A stretch of 64,000 nt of DNA. It comes from Eledone cirrhosa. Lineage: Eukaryota. Below the pieces are notes generated by a model, which was not told where the DNA came from, did not search any database, and saw only the letters and a program-made list of their open reading frames with translations. The stretch spans positions 22,382,001 through 22,446,000 of the forward strand of contig OZ024746.1 of NCBI GenBank assembly GCA_964016885.1, in the 5' to 3' direction. Numbering within the stretch: the stretch's first letter is position 1; every line of letters begins with the position of its first letter. Position numbers and translations under genes: made by a program. Below are positions 53,790 through 64,000 of the stretch, in pieces.

Positions 53790-55170
53790 ATTGTGAGCTG
53801 GATGTATTTTATTGTGACACCAGTACTACCACTTTACAGTGTGAGCTGGATGTATTTTATTGTGACAGCACTACTACCACTTTACAGTGTGAGCTGGATG
53901 TATTTTATTGTGACAGCACTACTACCGCTTTATAGAGTGGACTGGATGTATTTTATTGTGACAGCACTACTACCGCTTTATAGTGTGGGCTGGATGTATT
54001 TTATTGTGACACCAGTACTACCACTTTACAGTGTGAGCTGGATGTATTTTATTGTGACACCAGTACTGTCACTTTACAGTGTGAGCTGGATATATTTTAT
54101 TGTGACACCAGTACTGTCACTTTACAGAGTGAGCTGGATGTATTTTATTGTGACACCAGTACTGTCACTTTACAGTGTGAGCTGGATGTATTTTATTGTG
54201 ACACCAGTACTGTCACTTTACAGAGTGAGCTGGATGTATTTTATTGTGACACCAGTACTACCACTTTACAGTGTGAGCTGGATGTATTTTATTGTGACAC
54301 CAGTACTACCACTTTACAGTGTGAGCTGGATGTATTTTATTGTGACAGCACTACTACCACTTTACAGTGTGAGCTGGATGTATTTTATTGTGACAGCACT
54401 ACTACCACTTTACAGTGTGAGCTGGATGTATTTTATTGTGACAGCACTACTACCGCTTTATAGAGTGGACTGGATGTATTTTATTGTGACAGCACTACTA
54501 CCGCTTTATAGTGTGGGCTGGATGTATTTTATTGTGACACCAGTACTACCACTTTACAGTGTGAGCTGGATGTATTTTATTGTGACACCAGTACTGTCAC
54601 TTTACAGTGTGAGCTGGATATATTTTATTGTGACACCAGTACTGTCACTTTACAGAGTGAGCTGGATGTATTTTATTGTGACACCAGTACTGTCACTTTA
54701 CAGTGTGAGCTGGATGTATTTTATTGTGACACCAGTACTGTCACTTTACAGAGTGAGCTGGATGTATTTTATTGTGACACCAGTACTACCACTTTACAGT
54801 GTGAGCTGGATGTATTTTATTGTGACACCAGTACTACCACTTTACAGTGTGAGCTGGATGTATTTTATTGTGACACCAGTACTGTCACTTTACAGTGTGG
54901 GCTGGATGTATTTTATTGTGACACCAGTACTGTCACTTTACAGTGTGGGCTGGATATATTTTATTGTGACACCAGTACTGTCACTTTACAGAGTGGGCTG
55001 GATTTATCATGGCACAAGCACTACCACTTTACAGTGTGGGCTGGATACATTTTATCATAAGACCAGTACTACAACTTTACTGTGTGGGCTGGGTGCATTT
55101 TATCATAATAACAGCACTACCACTTTACACAGTGTGGGCTGGATGCATCTTATTGTGTGGCACCAGCACT
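53790..55170. repeat. 48-bp minisatellite (gtgagctggatgtattttattgtgacaccagtactaccactttacagt), about 28 copies, with an 11-unit (528-bp) higher-order duplication
   Basis: 16-aa period in ORF 53793-55175; the rare variant tatagagtggac occurs at 53931 and 54459. Confidence 0.95.
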
Positions 55171-56299
55171 ATTAGCTTACAAATGGGCTAGGTGCATTTT
55201 ATTGACACCAACATATTATCTACTAGATGGCCCAAAAGTCACTAGACAATTTCAATTATTATATTTTTTAAATGGCTTAGTGACTTTTGGGTCACCCTTT
55301 ATGTGTGTGTGAGTTGTATTTGTGTGTCACAGTGACTATGTTTACCTTGTGTCAGTGTTTATGTCCCATAACTTAGTGGTTTGACAAACAGAGTTCGATA
55401 AAATAAGTACTGGGTGCAATATGATCAACTAAATCAAGCTGGTGCTCCACCATGGCCACAGTCTTTTGAATGAAACTACTAAAAGAATAATATTATTTAT
55501 TTTGAGTTTGTTTACAGTTTAGATTTGTAAATAAATATGTATATTATCCATCATTGAGTGAGTTTAAAGTATTTTACGTAAATAAAGTAGATTGACTGTC
55601 ATACAGAATCATTCCAGCTGACAGCATTAAATGTATGTAACATCACACCATAACCTCACTCTCTCCATATACCTTTATATCATCATCATCATCATCATTT
55701 AATGTCCATTTTCCATGCTAGCATGGGCTAGAAGGGTTGTCATGCTATGAGACGTGTCATAACTTGACTTGTCCGGAGACCATGGTTTGCTTACAAGGAT
55801 GGATCTGTATTTTGGCATGGTTTCTACAGCTAGATGCACTTCCTAACACCAACCATGTTACAGCGTGGTCTAAGTTCTTTTTATCATGGCACCAAAATGA
55901 CCACTTAACAGGGTGGACTGGGTGCTTTTTGTTGTGTCATCAGCATGATCACCTTACTGGAACGTCTGGGTACTTTTGTTGTTGTGTCACTGGATCAGCA
56001 TACAGGGTGAATATAGTACTTTTTATCATGGCAACAGCATTGTGGGAAATTAGATGTAGAGCATGTCCAGCTTTTATATTTGTCTGTGTGGGTTGGACAG
56101 GAGAGGTGTATCAGGAATGAAGGTTTGGAGGGGGGTACAAGTAAGTAAGTTTGACATGAATGAGGTGCATGGGATACTTAACTGGTGAGGGTGGGGTATT
56201 AAGAGTGTGGAGAGTGAATAAGGAGAGGTAAAGAGAAGATTGGTGCAGACTAGTGTGTCTTCTACATATTTGTTTCATTTCATTTCGTGCACATGGGAA

Positions 56300-56374
<75 letters not shown>

Positions 56375-56542
56375 CTAAATGCTGTCAAAGACTGTGATGG
56401 GCAAAAATGCCTCAGAGTACAGAGACCAGTGGACATGACAGCATTTAGCTGTTCTAGCAATGAGTTTTCTCATTTTTATATATGCATTCAAATACACTCT
56501 CACTTCGTCTTGATCAGAAACAACATTGTTTTCATATATATA

Positions 56543-57699
56543 TCATCATCATCATCATCATCACCGTTTTACGTCCGTTCTTCCACGCTAGCATGGGTTA
56601 GACGGGTTGTCTTGTTGTGGGCAGTGTCTGGTCGGCTGACCATGCCTTGCTCATACAGGAACTGATCTGGCTTGATTTCTACAGCTGGATGCCCTTCCTA
56701 ACACCAACCTCATTTACAGTGAGTGCTGGGTGCTTTTTCGTGGCGCCTACACGTCCACTTTACAGTATGGGCTGGGTGCTTTTTTTGCCGTGGCACCTCC
56801 ACGACCACCTTGCGGTGGGGGGAGTGGGGGCATATTGTTTATATGCTTCAGCATGTACCCATGGGAGGTCGGGTACCCTGTATTACTGCGTGACGCCAGA
56901 AGTCACAGTCGTGTGTCATTGTCTTTGAGAGGTGTAGTTGGGTAAGGTCGGCTTTTATCACCTCATCCCAAGTCATCTTGGGTCTCCCCACTCCGCGGTT
57001 TCCATCAACTTCTAGTGCTCTGCACCTTTTTATGCAGCTGTCATCCTTCATACGCATCACATGTCCATACCAGCGTAACCGCCTCTCCTGCACGCAGCAT
57101 TTGATTCCTCTTATGCTCAGTCTCTCTCTCAATTCCTTTATGCTTTGTCGTTCACGTATATTACTGTTACACATCCATCGGAGCATGCAGGCTTCGTTTC
57201 TCTCTAATCTACGTAAGTCTTCCACCTTCAGTGCCCAGGTCTCACTACCATGCAACATCGCTGTTCGGATACACGCATCATACAGTCTGCCTTTCATTCT
57301 GAGGGAGAAGCCTTTTGCAGCTAGCAGTGGTAGTAGTTCCCTAAACTTCTTCCATCCCGTTCTTACCCTAGTTATTGTACTTTCTGAGCACCCACCTCCG
57401 TTGCTAATTCGGTCACCTAGGTAGCAGAAGCTGTCTACTGTTTCTACAGGGCCCTCCCAGAGATTGGTGGTACTTGTTTCCTGTGACTGTTTGCTTGCTG
57501 TTTCAGCACAGCTGCTGCATGTGAATCCTACATTCTTAATTAAGCTTCCTGAGATCCCGCTACATCTCTTGTGTACCCATTGTTTGCATTTGGGGCAGAG
57601 AATGGAGTTCCTACCTACACCTTTCCTACATACTGAGCAAGGCCATTTCCCTGAGGGGATCTGGGTTCTGTTTTCTCGTCTACTTACAAGGACCTTAGT

Positions 57700-57701
<2 letters not shown>
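56543..57701 (-). mobile_element. 5'-truncated RTE LINE with an uninterrupted ORF C-terminal half, 3' UTR and (GAT)n tail
   Basis: KTKVL...GKWPCSVC...C..CKQWVHKRCSG (PHD-like insert), FCYLGD, MLHGSETW, RRLRWYGHVMR, RGVGRPKMTW; stop at 56848. Confidence 0.93.
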
Positions 57702-57760
<59 letters not shown>

Positions 57761-57763
<3 letters not shown>

Positions 57764-57916
57764 AAAAAAGTCCAGAATGAGTCCAGAAATACCCGCCGAA
57801 ACGGCTTGAGCTCTGCTGTCGGGGTTAAACTTTTTCCTATTACCCACTCTACTACTCTAAGTATTGAGTACTCTGGTGCGTTATGGTCCATCTGGTTCCT
57901 CACCACACCTCCTTCG

Positions 57917-57920
<4 letters not shown>
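57761..57920. mobile_element. Solo PLE terminal-repeat fragment in (TA)n (same family as 17588-17730 and 20394-20475)
   Basis: Reverse complement of ataacgaaggaggtgtgg...gaaccagatggaccataacgcaccagagtactcaatac. Confidence 0.8.
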
Positions 57921-57965
<45 letters not shown>

Positions 57966-58602
57966 AATAATTATACTAGTATAATGAAATGCTTTTTTTT
58001 TCATTTGTTTTAGTTATTCATTAATTCGGGTGACATGGTTAATATATGCGTGTGGCTGAGAGTCATGAGGCTGTCAGTTCGATACCGAGCGATGCGTTAT
58101 GTCCTTGAGCAAGACACTTTATTTCACATTTTTTCCTCCTACCTGGACTTGTGACCGATAGATAGTATTAGCAATTGGAAAGACCAACGGAAACATTGTT
58201 TCCTCGGTCCGATTTGACGAAAGTCGATCGACAATTTATTTTTTATTTTATATATATTGTTGAATCACCAAGTCTAAGGAACAGATCTATGCTGGTGTCA
58301 GGTTCATAGCTTCCATAGGTGACCTTGAGCCCAATCATCTGTGAAATGTATGTAACAGGTTGTTTATTTTACTATATACTTTCTGCCTGTGTATCAAGTG
58401 CTCATATTGATACCATGACCAGTAATACACTGAATACTGTATATCATCATCATTTTTAGTGTCCATTTTTCCATGCTTGCATCACTCTACCCAGGTCTTT
58501 CTTGGACTACCTCAACTGTTGCTTCCTTCCACCAGGATTTCGTAGCATTTCTTCATCCATGTGCATCACATCTGCATATTTATATTCTTTTAATATAGAA
58601 AT

Positions 58603-58654
58603 GGCTTCTACAGGACTAGAACTGTTTCATTCAAAGAAAATCATCAGGAAAGCC
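58603..58654 (-). ncRNA. Hammerhead ribozyme-like motif inside an inverted repeat of about 127 bp (58588-58714)
   Basis: Minus strand: ggctttc CTGATGA ttttctttgaat GAAA cag-ttctagtc-ctg TA gaagcc; stem II is weak. Confidence 0.55.
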
Positions 58655-58794
58655 CTGATAATTTCCTTCAAATGAAACAGTTCTAGTCCTGCAGAAGCCA
58701 TTTCTATATTAAAAATGTATACTCTGGTATGTATTGAGTACCTTCCTTACTGTGGTTACCCTCAATAGAACCTGGGGTACAACACACACATATA

Positions 58795-60519
58795 TTTAAC
58801 GAAGGGTATTAGTAATATTTGTTAGATGGGATTAACATGGTTATTAGATGAAATAACAAGAATGGCCGATTTACTTCATATATAAAGGTTTACTTCACTT
58901 CAGTCAAAAAGAACAATAAACAAGTTACCACGAATTGCGAAGGTTGACAATGTTATTTTGTTGTTGATGTATGAGGCTGGTGTAGTCTGAGACCATAGTG
59001 AGAGAGAGAGAGAGTAATGGTCTGTAGACCTCTGAATGGTCTGTAGTTGACTGTAAACCACTGTGGCCTGTAGATAGCAGTGAATCTTTCACATAGCTTG
59101 TAATAGCGTACTGCTCCTATCTCTCTGTATGTCTGTAGACCTCTGTGGCCTGTAGATAGCGGTGAATCTTTCACATAGCTTGTAATAGCGTACTGCTCCT
59201 ATCTCTCTGTATGTCTGTAGACCTCTGTGGCCTGTAGATAGCAGTGAATCTTTCACATAGCTTGTAATAGCGTACTGCTCCTATCTCTCTGTATGTCTGT
59301 AGACCTCTGTGGCCTGTAGATAGCAGTGAATCTTTCACATAGCTTGTAATAGCATACTGCTCCTATCTCTCTGTATGTCTGTAGACCTCTGTGGCCTGTA
59401 GATAGCAGTGAATCTTTCACATAGCTTGTAATAGCATACTGCTCCTATCTCTCTGTATGTCTGTAGACCTCTGTGGCCTGTAGATAGCAGTGAATCTTTC
59501 ACATAGCTTGTAATAGCGTACTGCTCCTATCTCTCTGTATGTCTGTAGACCTCTGTGGCCTGTAGATAGCAGTGAATCTTTCACATAGCTTGTAATAGCG
59601 TACTGCTCCTATCTCTCTGTATGTCTGTAGACCTCTGTGGCCTGTAGATAGCAGTGAATCTTTCACATAGCTTGTAATAGCGTACTGCTCCTATCTCTCT
59701 GTATGTCTGTAGACCTCTGTGGCCTGTAGATAGCAGTGAATCTTTCACATAGCTTGTAATAGCATACTGCTCCTATCTCTCTGTATGTCTGTAGACCTCT
59801 GTGGCCTGTAGATAGCAGTGAATCTTTCACATAGCTTGTAATAGCGTACTGCTCCTATCTCTCTGTATGTCTGTAGACCTCTGTGGCCTGTAGATAGCAG
59901 TGAATCTTTCACATAGCTTGTAATAGCATACTGCTCCTATCTCTCTGTATGTCTGTAGACCTCTGTGGCCTGTAGATAGCAGTGAATCTTTCACATAGCT
60001 TGTAATAGCGTACTGCTCCTATCTCTCTGTATGTCTGTAGACCTCTGTGGCCTGTAGATAGCAGTGAATCTTTCACATAGCTTGTAATAGCGTACTGCTC
60101 CTATCTCTCTGTATGTCTGTAGACCTCTGTGGCCTGTAGATAGCGGTGAGTCTTTCACATAGCTTGTAATAGCGTACTGCTCCTATCTCTCTGTATGTCT
60201 GTAGACCTCTGTGGCCTGTAGATAGCAGTGAATCTTTCACATAGCTTGTAATAGCGTACTGCTCTGATCGCTCTGTATGTCTGTAGACCTCTGTGGCCTG
60301 TAGATAGCAGTGAATCTTTCACATAGCTGGTCTGTATCGTGGTGCTCCGATCTCTCTGTATAAATGTGGGATGATACAGGCTTTATATACCTGTCGCTTT
60401 CTGTCTCCCACCTTGAGGGGATAGCCCACACATGAATCTGTTCACACCAAAAGGGTGGTGACCTAGAGTTTGACCTTTAGGTGTCACCCAAGGTTCAAGG
60501 CGTGGACAGATTTCGCTAC

Positions 60520-60520
<1 letters not shown>
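58795..60520. mobile_element. Probable solo LTR expanded by an internal satellite
   Basis: Termini tttaacgaa ... ttcgctaca form an imperfect TG..CA inverted repeat; TATA-like ggtatataaagcc on the minus strand at about 60380-60392; TA-repeat flanks. Confidence 0.5.
59060..60328. repeat. 82-bp tandem repeat, about 15 highly homogeneous copies
   Basis: gtctgtagacctctgtggcctgtagatagcagtgaatctttcacatagcttgtaatagcgtactgctcctatctctctgtat at 59131, 59213 and onward. Confidence 0.96.
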
Positions 60521-60568
<48 letters not shown>

Positions 60569-60577
60569 TTAAATAAG

Positions 60578-60997
60578 GGCGGTGGATTGGCAGTATCGGT
60601 AGAGGGTCAGACACCATGCTTTCCAGCATAGTTACGTCCCTTTCCTTTACGATCTGAGTTCAAATCCCGCCGAGGTTGACTTTGCCTTTCATCCTTACAG
60701 GGTCGATAAAATAAAGTACCAGTAATGAACTGGGTAATTGCTGGCCTTGTGCCTAAAGTAGAAACAATTATTAAATAGAAACTCCATAATATGGTTTTTG
60801 ATTGGGGCACAAGGCCAACAAATTTGGGGAGAGTGGGGAAAGTTAATTAAATCACCTCCAATGTATTACTGGTGCTTTATTTTATCGACCTGGTGAGGAT
60901 GAAAGGCAAAACTAACTTCTGTGGGATTTAAACTCAGAGCATAAAGGGCCTTAACTGTATGCCACAGAACATGGTATCCAACTCTACCAATACTGTC
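60578..60997. mobile_element. Tail-to-tail pair of family M SINEs (60578-60772 plus; about 60790-60997 minus)
   Basis: The family central domain is present in both orientations. Confidence 0.78.
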
Positions 60998-61016
60998 ACA
61001 CATGCGCATTACATCC

Positions 61017-61050
<34 letters not shown>

Positions 61051-61053
<3 letters not shown>

Positions 61054-61440
61054 TTAGTGGTTAGGTTAGAGCAGTAGGCTTGCAATCGAAAGGTTGTGAG
61101 TCAATTCTCGGACCGGGTGATGTGTTGTTTCCTTGAGCAAGATACTTTATTTCACGTTGCTCCAGCAGTTTACTCAGTTGAAAATGAGTACCACCAATAG
61201 CTGGAGGTTTAACCCTGCGATGGACTGGCGTCCTGTCCAGGGGGTATCCTGTACTCTCAGTCACTTCACGCCATGAAACCGGGATAAGCACCGGCCAAAT
61301 GAGCCTTCTGGCTTAAGACGGACTTTAGACTTAAGGCCTGCCCGCCCAGGCAGTGGGATGGCGTCATCGTATGGCTAAAACAGGGTGTGCTGTGAACAGC
61401 GGCGCCGAATGATGCCTGACAGACTGGTCAGTTAAAGTGA
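61051..61440 (+). mobile_element. CORE-like SINE variant C with an extended 3' segment
   Basis: tRNA-like head, core domain, ccctgcgatggactggcgtcctgtccagggg hairpin, tail gactttagactt. Confidence 0.8.
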
Positions 61441-61885
61441 TATATCTATGTATGAATGGGTGTGTATGTCTATACATAGATTATAATTATGTGGAAACGC
61501 TATAATAGGTCAGTGATTGGTTTAGCGTGACGGTCAGAGCGTGGTTTAGAAGGATGTGTGGGTAGGGTTTAACTATATTTGAGTGATTTATGTCAAGTAA
61601 ATGACGTCGAATGTAGGTGTGTGACCGGTTTATACTTCCTTGAATTTGTAGTTGGCTTTGGTTACATAATTCTGAATGTATTTATGTTGAAGTTAAGGCA
61701 ATTGACAGTTATAGTCACACACCCACCCCCTCATATATATATATATATACACATATATTACACACACATATATATATATATATACACATATATTACACAC
61801 ACATATATATATATATACACACATATGGTGGCTGCCAACTCGTTTTCGAGTACGGCCACTACTTTATATCCATGTAGGAGAACCC

Positions 61886-62220
61886 CTACCGATGCGCTGA
61901 ACGAGTGTGACTTTTTAGTCCAGCCAGCGACTTGAAAACTCTGGTACAAACACTACACTTGTGACAATTATTGACACATAGTGCTGGGCCCATGGTACCA
62001 TGTGACGAGAAGTGCAGAGAGATCTCCAGATATAAAGCAATGCCTGTGCCGTGAAGCTTTTATAGTGAGCAAAGGCACTGCACAAAGCCAGTCCCACTCT
62101 CTTAACCAAGATGATATTTACCAAAGAGAAGAACAAGTCAACATCATTGGATACCATCAGAGTTGCAGGTGTTATATCAGAGTTTTCCTTCTCCTAGAAT
62201 TCTGCCTTGACAAAGGCTAA
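61886..62220 (-). mobile_element. RTE-clade LINE C-terminal fragment with a C2H2 zinc finger
   Basis: The minus strand ends ...HKCSVCTRVFKSLAGLKSHTRSAHR*. Confidence 0.65.
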
Positions 62221-62234
62221 GGGGTCATCTCTCC

Positions 62235-62288
<54 letters not shown>

Positions 62289-62351
62289 TATATGTAAAGG
62301 GTAAACAGAAATAACAACACAATTGGTACATATATATATATATATATATAT

Positions 62352-62586
62352 ACATTGCTCCAGTTTACTCAGCTGTAGAAATGAGATGATAGGGACTGGG
62401 GTTCCTATCATTCCACTGCAAAGTGGTCGTGGAGGTGCCACGGCAAAAAAGCACCCAGCACTCACTGTAAATGAGGTTGGTGTTAGGAAGGGCATCCAGC
62501 TGTAGAAATCAAGCCAGAATCAGTTCCCGTCCCACCCTTGCAAGCAGGGAAAAGTGGACGTAAAATGAAATGAATGAAATGATGAT
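62352..62586 (+). mobile_element. 5'-truncated family A SINE
   Basis: Core 3' half plus RTE tail. Confidence 0.85.
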
Positions 62587-63491
62587 ATATATATATATAA
62601 TCTGTATCATTTGTCTATTATTTCTTCATAAGTACATTTTAAAGCCCCGTTTAAATGATTTTTTATGTGGTTGATTTATACTGATTAGGAGAGGAAATAC
62701 TGTATATATTTTATCTAATAGTTCTTCAGATTTGCAATTTTATATATATATAAATATATATATTGTTATACTTGGGGAGGGTCATATTTGTGTAATATTG
62801 CCAGAATTAATAACAGAACACACTCACTGTTTGGTTGGTTTTCGCTTCTCGCTGTCTTTTATATCTGCGACCTAACTTAATCGGTCCTCAATGTTGCCAT
62901 TGACTGACCGACGGTCAAAAATAATACAGATACAATATAGACACAAACACATATATATAGTTTACATAATTTACATAAATCTTTCGTTGCACATCTGCAA
63001 CATCGTCAGTGGTGTTATATTTTTTCCTCCTGTTGTGTTGTATGTCTACGCCATTTTTTATTCAGTCTGTCTATATATTTATTTATTTATTTGCTTGTTT
63101 GTTTATTTTATTTTGTCTTCTTTGCGCATGCGTTTGCGTGTGTGTACAGTGTTGTGTGTGCTGTGTGACTAGTGTGTATAGTGTTGTGTCTGCTGGGTGA
63201 CTAGTGTGTGTTTATGTGCTTGTTGTTATTGTGCTTGTGTATGTATTTATTTATCTTATTTTATTTTATTTTATTTATTTACTTATTTATACTTCTCTTA
63301 GGTCAGTGTTGTTTGTTTGGGTGTTGTTGTTGTTCCACTCATTCTTTCTGTTTAGCTTTGGTCTTCTAATTTCTATTTCACTGGCCTCTCTGATTTGCCT
63401 ATCTGCTGGGTCATTCCTATGTTTAGATATTATTCTAATTTCTATGTTGTCTATGTTACCGTCATGTTGTTGTCTAGCATGTTCGTATAGT

Positions 63492-64000
63492 CATCATCAT
63501 CATCATCATCATCATCATCGTTTAACGTCCATCTTCCACGCTTGCATGGGTTTGGACGGGGGTTTTCCCACTTGAGGCAAGATTGGTTGTCTTGCTCGTA
63601 TAGGACTGTTTGGCGGGTTTTCTACGGCTGGATGCCCTTCCTAACACCAACCACGTTTACAGTGTGGACTGGGAGGTTTTTACCGTGTTGCCTACACGGC
63701 CACATTACAGCGTGGACTGTGTGTTTTTTTGTCGTGACACCTACACAACCTCATTTGTTTCGGACTGAATGTTGTGGTACCAACATAACTTTACATTGAA
63801 AGGGGTGGTGTGGATGGGGTGGGGGTAGTGGGACGGGGGTGTATTTTTGTTAGAGGTGCCTACTGACTGTAGTAGGTTTCACTTTGTACTTAGGTAAGGC
63901 GGGTCTTCTGTATTACTGTGTAACGCCAAAGATCTCGGTCCAGTGACATTGTCTTGGAGAGGTGTAAGTGTGTGAGGTCGGAATTTATCAAGTCGTCCAG
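63492..64000 (-). mobile_element. RTE LINE 3' end; the ORF C-terminus runs off the window end
   Basis: (CAT)n tail and 3' UTR as at 20790; the minus strand reads LDDLINSDLTHLHLSKTMSLDRDLWRYTVIQKTR. Confidence 0.88.

Noticed and set aside
53793-55175. 460-aa repetitive ORF, and the possibility of a CRISPR array
   Set aside because: Pure 48-bp tandem repeat with no unique spacers, no cas genes and a eukaryotic context
57702-57906. N-terminus of the 352-aa ORF as part of the RTE protein
   Set aside because: Chance in-frame read-through from a PLE repeat and (TA)n into the truncated RTE
59060-60328. CRISPR-like regular array
   Set aside because: Units are identical end to end; there are no variable spacers

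Overview
AT-rich eukaryotic (animal) genomic DNA made almost entirely of microsatellites ((TA)n, (CAT)n, (CAC)n, (TTG)n), minisatellites and decayed transposable elements. The SINE families and repeat density suggest a coleoid cephalopod such as octopus; this is inference. I recognise no intact host protein-coding gene, rRNA operon, tRNA gene or CRISPR array, and most ORF-track entries are translated microsatellites. Recognisable elements: a broken CR1/L2-type LINE (1-2790, minus); a near full-length decayed Penelope-like element (PLE) with RT, Cys linker and GIY-YIG (26.5-30.5 kb); a second PLE RT fragment (17.7-18.3 kb); several RTE LINE fragments; a Helitron remnant with a PIF1 helicase C-terminus; mariner, piggyBac and hAT-type MITEs; a probable solo LTR holding an 82-bp array; many tRNA-headed SINEs; and a 28S rRNA fragment. 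Most notable non-obvious signals: (1) three well-formed and two weaker type I hammerhead ribozyme motifs with unrelated stems, two inside fold-back repeats; (2) a candidate recursive-splice (AG|GT) site with a 19-nt exon on the minus strand; (3) a SINE whose tail matches the 3' end of a local RTE LINE; (4) minisatellites that appear to derive from TE ends; (5) E2F/CCAAT motifs just 3' of the PLE ORF. Coordinates were read by eye and element boundaries are approximate.
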